A stretch of 64,000 nucleotides of DNA, taken from assembly GCA_021298395.1 (NCBI GenBank), contig JAJTFH010000003.1:16138-80137 (forward strand). The letters run 5' to 3'. The stretch comes from Gemmatimonadota bacterium. Lineage in GTDB: Bacteria > Gemmatimonadota > Gemmatimonadetes > Gemmatimonadales > Gemmatimonadaceae. Position 1 is the stretch's first letter, and the number at the start of each line of letters is the position of its first letter. The position numbers and the translations under genes were made by a program. Positions 28,924 to 37,716 of this stretch are shown piece by piece. Under the pieces are notes generated by a model. It was not told the origin of the DNA. It saw only the letters and a program-made list of their open reading frames with translations, and did no database searches.

Positions 28924-29336
28924 GCCTCGACCCCGTCGCGCCCTTCCTTGGGGCGCTCCATGCGGCCGCCCTGGAGGCGATGCGCAATGCGTATGCGCCG
29001 TATTCGAAGTTCCATGTCGGGGCGGCGTTGCTCACCGAGGACGGGTCGGTGATCGCCGGGTGCAACGTCGAGAACGCGTCGTATCCCGCAGGGATCTGTG
29101 CCGAGCGGGCCGCGATCGGCGCCGCCGTCGCCGCTGGGCATCTGCGCTTCCGCGCCGTGCTCATCAGCACCGAGGCCGACACCCCGACCCCTCCCTGTGG
29201 GGTCTGCCGTCAGGTGCTCGCCGAGTTCGGGACCGACCTCGCCGTCATCGCCCGCACCACGAACGGGGGCGAGGCGCGGTGGGTGCTCGCCGACCTCCTG
29301 CCTGACCCCTTCACCCCCGCTTCCTTCCGCCAGTGA
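28920..29336 (+). CDS. cdd: Cytidine deaminase (homotetrameric type)
   Basis: 138 aa from ATG 28920 (ATGA overlap with deoB). Zinc motifs are CAERAAI and PCGVCRQ. Confidence 0.9.
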   Translation: MSLDPVAPFLGALHAAALEAMRNAYAPYSKFHVGAALLTEDGSVIAGCNVENASYPAGICAERAAIGAAVAAGHLRFRAVLISTEADTPTPPCGVCRQVLAEFGTDLAVIARTTNGGEARWVLADLLPDPFTPASFRQ

Positions 29337-30622
29337 TGCGTTCCCTCCGACGCGCGACCCTCGTCGCCGCGCTGGTCGCGGTCTCCGCCCTCGGTGCCTG
29401 CACCGAGGAGCTCCGGACCTCCGCGACCTGTCCGGGGCTCTGCCCGGGCCAGCAGGTGCCGATCCTCGATACGGTCATCGATCCCGCGGTGGTGCTCGAC
29501 ACCACGGTGCAGCCCTTCCCGGTGCTCGGGGGGGAGTCCTCGCTCCTCCTCGCGGCGCGCGGCGACACCTTGGACGTGCGGGCCGTCGTCCGCTTCGACA
29601 CCCTCCCGCGCAAGTACTCGCCGATCAACGACACCCTCACGGCCATCGCCCTCGTGGACTCCGCGACGCTGGCCGTGCAACTCAAGCGGACCGGTGCCTC
29701 GCTCCCGGCGACGATCTTCCTCGACGCCTACGATGTGACCGACACGGTGGCGGCGGATTCGGCCCCGCTCGCGCTGCTGCCGTACTTCACCCCGGCGCGA
29801 CGTCTGGGGTCGGTGCAGATCGACAGCACCGGGTTCCGAGACTCGCTCGCGGTGAAGATCCCGCTCGACACCGCGCTGCTGCGGTCGATCGTGACGGATA
29901 CCCTGCGGCTCCTGCGCATCGGGTTGCAGCTCCGCGCCGTCGGCTCGGCGGAGGTCACCGTCACCGGAAGCACCGGGGGATCGGCGGCACCGACGCTCCG
30001 GTATCGCGCCTCGGCCGATACCGCGGTGCGGGCCCTCACCGCGCGCCCCTTCTCCAAGACGCCGGTCACGCCCATCGGGCTCGCCGGGGAGTTCCAGGAT
30101 TACCTCATCGTCGTCCGCGCCCCCGACGCGACGGCGGCGCAGCGGTTCGTCGTCGGCGGGATCCCAGGACATCGCAGCTATCTCCGCTTCGATCTCCCGA
30201 GCTGGTTGACGGACTCGGTGGCCGTGCTGACCGCCAAACTGGAGCTCACCCAGGAGCCGATCCGTGGGATCGATCCCGGGCGCACGTTCGTCGTGCGGGC
30301 GCACGTCGGGCTCGGTGCCTGGGAGCTGACCGATCTCAATCGGGCCGCGCGACTCCTCGCCCCCCTCGGCACCTTCATCACCGACTCCCTCGTCCTCGCC
30401 CCGGGGGATTCCGGCATCAAGCGGCTCGAGATGAACGGGGTCATTCGGCAGTGGCGGACGGTCAATGGGCGTCGCGCGGTGCCCAGCGTGCTCATCCTTC
30501 GTCCCGAGATCGAGGGCGTCTCGGGGTTGGCCGCGCGCTTCTACGGGACCGACGCCGCGCCGGCGCTCCGGCCGCGCCTCCGCGTTAGCTATGTCCCTGC
30601 CATCCGGTACGGTCAGCCATGA
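29333..30622 (+). CDS. Hypothetical lipoprotein
   Basis: 429 aa. The signal peptide has a lipobox (VSALGAC). The protein is beta-rich. The C-terminal half contains SYLRFDLPSWLTDSVAVLTAKLEL, which resembles DNRLRE/DUF4270-type beta-sandwich modules; this is from memory and unverified. The start overlaps the cdd stop. Confidence 0.6.
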   Translation: MMRSLRRATLVAALVAVSALGACTEELRTSATCPGLCPGQQVPILDTVIDPAVVLDTTVQPFPVLGGESSLLLAARGDTLDVRAVVRFDTLPRKYSPINDTLTAIALVDSATLAVQLKRTGASLPATIFLDAYDVTDTVAADSAPLALLPYFTPARRLGSVQIDSTGFRDSLAVKIPLDTALLRSIVTDTLRLLRIGLQLRAVGSAEVTVTGSTGGSAAPTLRYRASADTAVRALTARPFSKTPVTPIGLAGEFQDYLIVVRAPDATAAQRFVVGGIPGHRSYLRFDLPSWLTDSVAVLTAKLELTQEPIRGIDPGRTFVVRAHVGLGAWELTDLNRAARLLAPLGTFITDSLVLAPGDSGIKRLEMNGVIRQWRTVNGRRAVPSVLILRPEIEGVSGLAARFYGTDAAPALRPRLRVSYVPAIRYGQP

Positions 30623-31746
30623 TCCACCCGCTCGTGCGATCGATCGTCCTCCTCGTCGTCCTCGCCCTCGCCGCGCAGGCCCAGGGGAGCGTGGCGACCC
30701 AAGGCTACGGCTATCCGACCGGACAGCTGAGCGCGGCGGCCAACGGGGGCGGTGGTGCGGCGGCGGAGATCGATGCCGCGAGCGCCGTGAACCCGGCCGC
30801 CCTCGCGGCCGGCGCCCGGTACAGCGTCTACCTGCAGTTCGAGCCGGAGTACCGGTCCACGCGGTTGGGTGGCGCCGAGGAGCCGGTGCGTGTGATGCGA
30901 TTCCCAGGATTCGCTCTCTCGGGGGGCTGGGGCAAGTTCGCTGCCGGCGTCTCCTTCACGACCCTCCTCGATCGCACCTGGTTGAATCAGTACGCGGACA
31001 CGCAGTCGGTCGGTGGGATCGCCACCCCGTCAACGGTGATCGCGAGTAGCGACGGCGGGATCACCGATGCGCGCTTCGCGGTCGCCTATGCGGTGCGTCC
31101 CCGTCTGCAGGTCGGGCTCGCCATCCATGCGGTATCGGGACAGAATCGGATCGACTTCGGTCGCACCTTCAGTGACAGCTCGGGGCTGGGGTCGGCCGAG
31201 CAGTCGTCCACGCTCAACTTCGGCGGGCGCGGGCTCTCGCTCGGGGTGATCGGGATGCCGATCCAGGACCTCGTGATCGGCGCCTCGCTGCGGACCAGTG
31301 GCCCGCTCTCGGTCCGGCAGGACGGTCAGCCCCTCGCCTCGGCCGACCTGCCGAGCCGCATGGGGATCGGTGCCTCATGGATCGGGATCCCGAACACCAC
31401 GCTCTCCGCGCGTGTCGACAAGACGCGGTGGACGCGCATGGCCGCGCTCGGGTCGACCCGGATGTCGACCTTCGATGCGATCGATATCGGGGCGGGACTC
31501 GAGGTGGTCGGTCCGCGCATCGCGGGCGGGGCGACCGCGCTGCGCGTGGGGATCCGCGATCGCGGGTTGCCCTTCGGCGTCGACGGGAAGGCGGTGGGGG
31601 AGCGGACCACCTCCGGTGGACTCAGCGTCCCGCTCGGACGGAGCCGCGGCCAGATCGATCTCGGGCTCCAGCGCGCCACCCGCACCTCGTCGGTGGCGAC
31701 CGAGAAGGCCTGGCTCCTCTCCCTCGGGTTCGGCATCCGCCCGTAG
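30619..31746 (+). CDS. Putative outer-membrane beta-barrel protein (PorV/UPF0164/FadL-like N-terminal motif)
   Basis: 375 aa. Signal peptide VLLVVLALAAQAQG. The N-terminal GGGGAAAEIDAASAVNPAALA resembles the G-x-G-A...D-A-S-A...NPA motif of PorV/PorQ/UPF0164-type barrels. Alternating beta-strand patterns run to the C-terminus. ATGA overlap with the upstream lipoprotein gene. Confidence 0.6.
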   Translation: MIHPLVRSIVLLVVLALAAQAQGSVATQGYGYPTGQLSAAANGGGGAAAEIDAASAVNPAALAAGARYSVYLQFEPEYRSTRLGGAEEPVRVMRFPGFALSGGWGKFAAGVSFTTLLDRTWLNQYADTQSVGGIATPSTVIASSDGGITDARFAVAYAVRPRLQVGLAIHAVSGQNRIDFGRTFSDSSGLGSAEQSSTLNFGGRGLSLGVIGMPIQDLVIGASLRTSGPLSVRQDGQPLASADLPSRMGIGASWIGIPNTTLSARVDKTRWTRMAALGSTRMSTFDAIDIGAGLEVVGPRIAGGATALRVGIRDRGLPFGVDGKAVGERTTSGGLSVPLGRSRGQIDLGLQRATRTSSVATEKAWLLSLGFGIRP

Positions 31747-31755
31747 GCCCGTCGG

Positions 31756-32943
31756 ATGACCATCGCGGGGGCTGCGGCCGGTGCGCTCGTGTTGGTCGCC
31801 GATGATGTCGAGGCGAACGTCGAACTCCTGCGCGATCAACTGACCGCCCTCGGCTATCGCGTCATCGATGCCGGCGATGGTCCGTCGACCCTCGCGCGCG
31901 CCGCCGCCGAGTCACCGGACCTCTGCCTGCTCGATGTGGCGATGCCGGCGGGGGATCTCGGGGTCGATCCCCGCGATACGGGATACGAGGTCTGTCGGCG
32001 ACTCAAACAGGATCCGCGCACCACGCGCATCCCCGTCATCTTCGTCACCGCGCAGAACGACCCCTCGGCCCGGGTGAAGGCCATCGAGGCCGGCGGCGAC
32101 GACTTCCTCCTCAAGCCGCACGACCGTCATGTGCTCGGCGCGCGGGTGCGGAGCCTCCTCCAGCTCAAGCGGGCGACCGATGCCCTCGCCGAGAGCCTGG
32201 AGCGGTTGCAGGGAGAGCAGCGGACGCGGGAGGACCTCGTGCGGATGGTGGTGCACGACCTCAAGTCCCCGCTCACCGCGATCCTCGCGACCCTCGAGAT
32301 GCTCCGCGACGGGGACTTCGGCGCGATCGACGAGGGTCCGCGGCGCGCCCTCTCCGACGTGGAGGGGCAGGCAGAGGATCTCCTCGGCCTGATCCAGGAC
32401 CTCTTGGACGTCTCGAAGGTGGAGGAGCAGTCGCTCCTGTTGCAGCCCGAGCCGATCGCGCCGGCCGCGCTCTTCGCCGAGCTCTGCTTCGATTGGGCGG
32501 CGCGATTCCAGCAGGCGCAGACGACGACGCGAATCGATGTCACGGAGGACGCCCCCGTCTTCGCGGCCGATAAGACGTTGCTCAAGCGGGTGCTCTCGAA
32601 CCTGGTGCAGAATGCGATCACCCATGCGGCGGTGCCGGTGACGCTCACCTTCCAGGCGCGGCGCGAGGGGGAGGGGATCCAGCTCAGCGTGCAGGACGAT
32701 GGGCCGGGGATCCCGGAGGCGAATCGCGAGCGGATCTTCCAGAAGTTCGCGCAGCTGCGAGACGCCGGGGCGCCCAAGGTGCGGAGCTCGGGGCTCGGGC
32801 TCGCGTTCTGTCGGGTGGCGGTGGAGTCCCATGGGGGGCGCATCTGGGTGGAGAGCACCTTGGGGGAGGGGAGTACCTTTCACCTGATTCTCCCGCTCAC
32901 GCCTCCGAGCTCCGCCCTCCCGTCTCGCCCCGCCGCGCCATGA
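31756..32943 (+). CDS. Hybrid receiver-histidine kinase (REC, coiled linker, HisKA, HATPase) with no TM or sensor domain
   Basis: 395 aa. REC segments are LVADDVEANVELL, LLDVAMP (phospho-acceptor Asp context) and DDFLLKP. The H-box is VVHDLKSPLTAI. ATPase segments are NLVQNAITH, DDGPGIP and GLGLAFCR. Confidence 0.85.
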   Translation: MTIAGAAAGALVLVADDVEANVELLRDQLTALGYRVIDAGDGPSTLARAAAESPDLCLLDVAMPAGDLGVDPRDTGYEVCRRLKQDPRTTRIPVIFVTAQNDPSARVKAIEAGGDDFLLKPHDRHVLGARVRSLLQLKRATDALAESLERLQGEQRTREDLVRMVVHDLKSPLTAILATLEMLRDGDFGAIDEGPRRALSDVEGQAEDLLGLIQDLLDVSKVEEQSLLLQPEPIAPAALFAELCFDWAARFQQAQTTTRIDVTEDAPVFAADKTLLKRVLSNLVQNAITHAAVPVTLTFQARREGEGIQLSVQDDGPGIPEANRERIFQKFAQLRDAGAPKVRSSGLGLAFCRVAVESHGGRIWVESTLGEGSTFHLILPLTPPSSALPSRPAAP

Positions 32944-34268
32944 CCCGCACCGTCTACATCGAGACCTATGGGTGCCAGATGAACGTCAGCGATTCTGAGC
33001 TGATGTATGGCACGCTGCAGGCCTCGGGCTACACGCCGGTCGAGGGCCCCGAGGGGGCTGATGTGGTGCTCGTGAACACCTGCGCGATCCGTGAGAACGC
33101 GGAGCAGCGGGTGATCGGGCGGCTCGGCGAGCTCCGGCGTGACCTCAAGCCAGGGGCGGTGCTCGGTGTCACCGGGTGCATGGCGCAGCGCCTGGGCCCG
33201 CGTCTCCTCGCGACCGACACGCGCGTACAGCTCGTCGTGGGTCCTGATGCCTATCGGATGCTCCCGCAACTGATCGAGGGCGCCCGCGGGGGGGATCGCG
33301 TCACGGCGACTGACTTCGATCTCGAGGAGCACTACGAGGATGTGGTCGCGCGGCGCTTCGAGGGGGTGAAGGCGTGGATCCCAGTGCAGCGCGGCTGTGA
33401 CTACCGGTGCACGTATTGCATCGTCCCCACCACGCGCGGCCCCGAGCGGAGCCGGAAGCTCGCCGAGGTGGTGCGCGAGACCCAGGAGGTCGTCGCACAG
33501 GGGCTCACCGAGGTGATCCTCTTGGGGCAGACGGTGAATTCGTATCACGACGGGACGCACGACTTCGCCGATCTCCTGCGAGCGGTGGGCGCCGTCGATG
33601 GGATCCGTCGCGTGCGCTACACCAGCCCGCATCCCAACGACTTCTCGGATCGCGTGATCGCGGCGATGGCGGAGACGCCGACCGTCTGCGCGCATGTGCA
33701 TCTCCCGATGCAGAGTGGATCGACGAGCATGCTGAAGCGGATGCTGCGCCGCTACACGCGCGAGGAGTACCTCGACTGCGTGGCGCGTCTGCGCGCGGCG
33801 ATGCCGGGGCTCGGGCTCACCACCGATATCATCGTCGGATTCCCCGGGGAGACGGAGGAGGAGTTCGCTGACACGCTCTCGCTCGTGCGCGAGGTGCGGT
33901 TCGACGACGCCTTCACCTTCAAGTTCTCCCTGCGCGAGGGGACGCCCGCCACGCGGATGCCGCCGGAGTGGACGATCCCCGATGCCGTGATCGACGCGCG
34001 CTACGATGCGCTCCTCGGCACGGTGCGTGGGATCTCACGCGAGCGGAATCTCGGGCGGCTCGGGGAGCGGATGGAGGTGCTCGTCGAGAAGGAGGCGCGG
34101 AAGGGAGAGCTGCTGCAGTGCCGCTCGCGCGACTTCAAGACGGTGCTCGTGCAGGGGCCCACGGAGTGGATCGGTCGCTACCTCACGGTGGAGCTGACGG
34201 GGACCACGGGGGCGACCTTCACGGGGACCCTCGTGCCGGACCGGCACCCATTGCCGATGGCGGGGTGA
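32940..34268 (+). CDS. miaB: tRNA-2-methylthio-N6-dimethylallyladenosine synthase
   Basis: 442 aa. It has an UPF0004 N-domain (ETYGCQMNVSDSE), the radical-SAM CDYRCTYC motif and a C-terminal TRAM domain. Confidence 0.92.
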   Translation: MTRTVYIETYGCQMNVSDSELMYGTLQASGYTPVEGPEGADVVLVNTCAIRENAEQRVIGRLGELRRDLKPGAVLGVTGCMAQRLGPRLLATDTRVQLVVGPDAYRMLPQLIEGARGGDRVTATDFDLEEHYEDVVARRFEGVKAWIPVQRGCDYRCTYCIVPTTRGPERSRKLAEVVRETQEVVAQGLTEVILLGQTVNSYHDGTHDFADLLRAVGAVDGIRRVRYTSPHPNDFSDRVIAAMAETPTVCAHVHLPMQSGSTSMLKRMLRRYTREEYLDCVARLRAAMPGLGLTTDIIVGFPGETEEEFADTLSLVREVRFDDAFTFKFSLREGTPATRMPPEWTIPDAVIDARYDALLGTVRGISRERNLGRLGERMEVLVEKEARKGELLQCRSRDFKTVLVQGPTEWIGRYLTVELTGTTGATFTGTLVPDRHPLPMAG

Positions 34269-34276
34269 GGCCCCGT

Positions 34277-34298
34277 CGCGTGCGATCGATCGCGCGCG
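34277..34298 (+). terminator. Near-perfect 22-nt GC-rich palindrome/hairpin just after the miaB stop
   Basis: cgcgtgcga-tcga-tcgcgcgcg forms a 9-bp stem (one G.U pair) with a TCGA loop, 9 nt after the miaB TGA and about 30 nt before comEC. There is no U-tract. It could equally be an operator. Confidence 0.35.
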
Positions 34299-34327
34299 CG
34301 ATGATCAGATGACGTGATGCGGCGTGG

Positions 34328-36610
34328 GTGGGGCTCCCGTGCGGAATGCCCCACCTCCTCTCCGCGGCCTGCGCGCTCGTGATCGGCGCGCTGCTCGGGC
34401 TGCAGGGCGCGCCGATCCTCCCCGTCGCGGTCGCCGTCTCGGTGGGTGCGGTGGCGGCTGCCGCGAGACGGCGCGGCATCGTGGTCGTGGCGCTGGGGAG
34501 CCTCCTCCTCGCCGCGCAGGATCAGGGTACGAGGATCCGAGCGGCTGATGCCCGATGTCTCTCGGCGGCGCTGCAGGCGACGCGCTGGGAGGTGGAGCTC
34601 CGGCAGGCGGCGGCGCCAGGGGGCTTCGCGCGGGCCGTCGCGCGCGAGCTCGGCCGCGAGCGGTCCGCTGGAGGTCCGCCATGCACCGTGGAGCTCGCCC
34701 TCGCGGTCCGCTCCGGCACGGCCGCCGCCGGGAGCGTGGTGCGGGTGCGCCGCGCGGAGCCCACGGGGAGCGATCGCGGACTCCTGCTGCGCGAGGCGCA
34801 GCTCACGCTCGTGCGAGGGCCGGGGCCGCTCGACCGCTGGCGCAATCAGGTGGGGGCGTCGCTGGACCGCCGCTTCGGTCCTGATGGGCCGGCGGCACGC
34901 GCGCTCCTCATCGCCGATACGCGCGGGCTGAGTCCCGAGCTGCGCGATCGCTATGCCGATGCGGGGCTCGTCCACATCCTCTCGATCTCGGGTCTTCACG
35001 TGGCGATCGTCGGCGGGGCGTTGCTCCTGCTCTTCCAGGCGGTGCGGCTCCCACTGGTCACGGCCCGTCTGGCGGCCGTGGCCACGGCGGTGCTCTACGT
35101 GCTCGCGATCGGCGCGCCGCCACCTGCCGCCCGCAGCGTCACCCTCTTCGCCGCGACGACGCTCGCGCACCTGCGCCAACGACCCGTCTCCCCCTGGGGG
35201 ACCTTTGCCCTCGCGGCAGTGGTGCCGCTCATCGACCTCCGCACCGTGCTCGATCTCGGGTGGCAACTCTCGGTGAGTGGTTATGCCGCGATCCTCGTCG
35301 CGGGGCGATTGGGGCGGCGGATCCCGCGGCGCTGGGCGGGGTGGCGGCGCACCGCCCTGAAGGAGCTGATGACGGGGACCCTCGCCGCGCTCGCCACCGC
35401 CGCACTCGTCACCTGGCACTTCGGGCGGCTCAGTCTGATCGCCCCGCTCAGCAACCTCGTCGTCGGCCCGGTGATCTCGTTGCTCCAGCCGACGCTCTTC
35501 CTCGTGATGGTCCTCCCCGATGCCCTGGGGGCGGCCTTCGTCGTCGACGCCGCGCGCCCGCTCCTGCGCGCGATGGATGCCGTCGCACAGCTCGCCGCTG
35601 GTGTCCCCGGTGCCGTGATCGACGTGGCCCCCTCGGCGACCTCGGCCTGGCTCATCGGGGTGGTCACCGTCGCCGTGATGATCGCCGGGTGGGCGCGACG
35701 CCCGACCCGATGGGTCCTCCTCGCGCTCGGCGCGAGCACGGTGATGATCTGGCTGCCACATGGGCCGCTCCTCGAACGTGGAACCGCCCGCACCGAGATC
35801 CATCTCCTCGATGTGGGGCAGGGGGATGCGATCGCGATCCGCTCTCCGCTCGGGCGGTGGGTGCTGATCGATGCCGGTCGATCCTGGTCGGGCGGCGACG
35901 CGGGGCGCTCCACCGTGGTGCCGCATCTCCGTCGACGTGGCGGGCCCCTCGCGCTCCTCATCCTCACGCATCCGCACGCCGATCACATCGGCGGAGCGGC
36001 GAGCATCGCCCGGGCCCTGCGCCCGGAGATCGTCTACGACGCCGGGTTCGTCCTCGGGCAAACGGGCTATCGCGAGCTGCTCGCCACCTTTCAGACGCGC
36101 GGCATCGCGTGGCAGCGTGTGCGTCCCGGCACGACGCACACAATCGATGGGATCGCCTTTGATTTCCTCGCCCCCGATTCGGCGTGGGCGGCGGCACGCG
36201 ACGATCCCAACGACGCGAGCACCGTCGTCCGTCTGCGCGTGGGTGTGCACCGGTTCCTCTTCATGGGGGACGCCGAATCGGGGGAGGAACGGTGGCTCCT
36301 CGAGCGACTCGGACCTGACGCCCTGCAGGCCACGGTGCTCAAGGTCGGGCACCATGGCTCACGCACCAGCACGTCGGAGGCATTCCTCGAGGCGGTGCGT
36401 CCCCGCCTCGCCCTCGTCTCGGTTGGGGCGAATAACAGCTACGGGCATCCGAACCCTGAGGTGATGCAACGGCTCGCCGCGCAGGGGGCCACCGTCCTCC
36501 GCACCGATCAGCTGGGGACCGTGATCCTCCGCACCGATGGGGAGCAGCTCGAGGTGGAGGCCGCGGGGCATCGCTGGCGGGTGGTGCGACCATTGCCTCC
36601 CTCCCCCTGA
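34328..36610 (+). CDS. comEC: DNA internalization-related competence protein ComEC/Rec2 (competence domain plus metallo-beta-lactamase domain)
   Basis: 760 aa polytopic protein. It has LSISGLHVAIVG (competence domain) and the MBL motifs LDVGQGDAIAI, THPHADHIGG and KVGHHGS. The start is ambiguous: GTG 34328 or ATG 34346. Confidence 0.88.
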   Translation: MGLPCGMPHLLSAACALVIGALLGLQGAPILPVAVAVSVGAVAAAARRRGIVVVALGSLLLAAQDQGTRIRAADARCLSAALQATRWEVELRQAAAPGGFARAVARELGRERSAGGPPCTVELALAVRSGTAAAGSVVRVRRAEPTGSDRGLLLREAQLTLVRGPGPLDRWRNQVGASLDRRFGPDGPAARALLIADTRGLSPELRDRYADAGLVHILSISGLHVAIVGGALLLLFQAVRLPLVTARLAAVATAVLYVLAIGAPPPAARSVTLFAATTLAHLRQRPVSPWGTFALAAVVPLIDLRTVLDLGWQLSVSGYAAILVAGRLGRRIPRRWAGWRRTALKELMTGTLAALATAALVTWHFGRLSLIAPLSNLVVGPVISLLQPTLFLVMVLPDALGAAFVVDAARPLLRAMDAVAQLAAGVPGAVIDVAPSATSAWLIGVVTVAVMIAGWARRPTRWVLLALGASTVMIWLPHGPLLERGTARTEIHLLDVGQGDAIAIRSPLGRWVLIDAGRSWSGGDAGRSTVVPHLRRRGGPLALLILTHPHADHIGGAASIARALRPEIVYDAGFVLGQTGYRELLATFQTRGIAWQRVRPGTTHTIDGIAFDFLAPDSAWAAARDDPNDASTVVRLRVGVHRFLFMGDAESGEERWLLERLGPDALQATVLKVGHHGSRTSTSEAFLEAVRPRLALVSVGANNSYGHPNPEVMQRLAAQGATVLRTDQLGTVILRTDGEQLEVEAAGHRWRVVRPLPPSP

Positions 36611-36630
36611 GTCAGCGAGCTTTCGAAGAT

Positions 36631-37695
36631 ATGGCGCACCGCCGGTGCGTCGTCCGTCGCCCTCCTTCGGAGCGTGCCCTCGTGGTCCAGAACACGCCGA
36701 TCTCGGTCGTCACGATCGACCGGTTCATCATCGAGCAGGAACAGCGCTATCCCGAGGCCACCGGCGCGCTCTCCGGGATCCTCTACGATCTCGTGGTCGC
36801 CGCGAAGATGATCGCCAACAAGGTGCGACTCGCCGGCCTTGCCGACGTGCTCGGCGCGCAGGGGACGGCGAATGTGCAGGGGGAGATCCAGCAGAAGCTC
36901 GACGTGATCTCCAATGACATCCTCGTGAAGGCGCTCGATCATGGCGGACGTCTCTGTGCGATGGCCTCCGAGGAGGAGGAAGGGATCATCACCGTCCCCG
37001 ACAAGTTCCAGCGTGGCAACTACGTGATGCTCTTCGATCCGCTCGATGGCTCGTCGAACATCGATGTGAACATCCCGGTCGGGACGATCTTCTCCGTGCT
37101 GCGGCGCGTCACACCGGGAGGCGGTCCGGGAACCGTCGAGGACATGCTCCAGCCAGGGCTCAAGCAGGTCGCGGCGGGCTATGTGATCTACGGCTCGAGC
37201 ACGATGCTCGTCTACACCACGGGCCACGGCGCGCATGGCTTCACCCTGGATCCCGCGATCGGGGAGTTCCTCCTCTCGCATCCGAACATCCGCATCCCCG
37301 AGCATGGGCGCTACCTTTCGGTGAACGATTCGTACGAGAAGTACTGGACCGAGCCGGTGAAGGAATTGATGCGGCACTATCGCGGGATGAATGGTCGGCG
37401 CGACGCGATGAATGTCCGCTATGTCGGCTCCCTCGTCGCCGACTTCCATCGGAACCTGCTCGGCGGTGGGCTCTTCGCCTATCCTGCCAACACCAAGAGC
37501 CCGTCGGGGAAGCTCCGTCTCCTCTACGAGTGCAACCCGCTCGCCTTCATCTGCGAGCAGGCGGGGGGTGCGGCGATCGATGGCCGGCAGCGGATCCTCG
37601 AGGTGCAGCCGACCGAGCTACATCAGCGCTCGCCCTACTTCGTCGGCTCCAAGGCCGACGTCGAGGCCGCGGCTGACTATCTCGCGAAGGCGTGA
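36631..37695 (+). CDS. fbp: Fructose-1,6-bisphosphatase class I
   Basis: 354 aa. The metal-site segment is FDPLDGSSNIDVN, followed by GKLRLLYECNPLAF. The first 20 or so codons may be an over-extension. Confidence 0.92.
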   Translation: MAHRRCVVRRPPSERALVVQNTPISVVTIDRFIIEQEQRYPEATGALSGILYDLVVAAKMIANKVRLAGLADVLGAQGTANVQGEIQQKLDVISNDILVKALDHGGRLCAMASEEEEGIITVPDKFQRGNYVMLFDPLDGSSNIDVNIPVGTIFSVLRRVTPGGGPGTVEDMLQPGLKQVAAGYVIYGSSTMLVYTTGHGAHGFTLDPAIGEFLLSHPNIRIPEHGRYLSVNDSYEKYWTEPVKELMRHYRGMNGRRDAMNVRYVGSLVADFHRNLLGGGLFAYPANTKSPSGKLRLLYECNPLAFICEQAGGAAIDGRQRILEVQPTELHQRSPYFVGSKADVEAAADYLAKA

Positions 37696-37716
37696 CCCTC
37701 CGGTGATCCACGTCTG

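Noticed and set aside
34178-36355. A 725-aa minus-strand ORF.
   Set aside because: It is antisense to comEC, which has clear competence and MBL motifs on the + strand. It has the same Arg/Pro/Gly-rich composition with no motifs.
36631-36700. An odd Arg/Cys-rich N-terminal extension of fructose-1,6-bisphosphatase (MAHRRCVVRRPPSERALVV...).
   Set aside because: This is probably just start-codon over-extension. The conserved FBPase sequence begins around ...TIDRFIIEQ. There is no evidence of a targeting or regulatory peptide.
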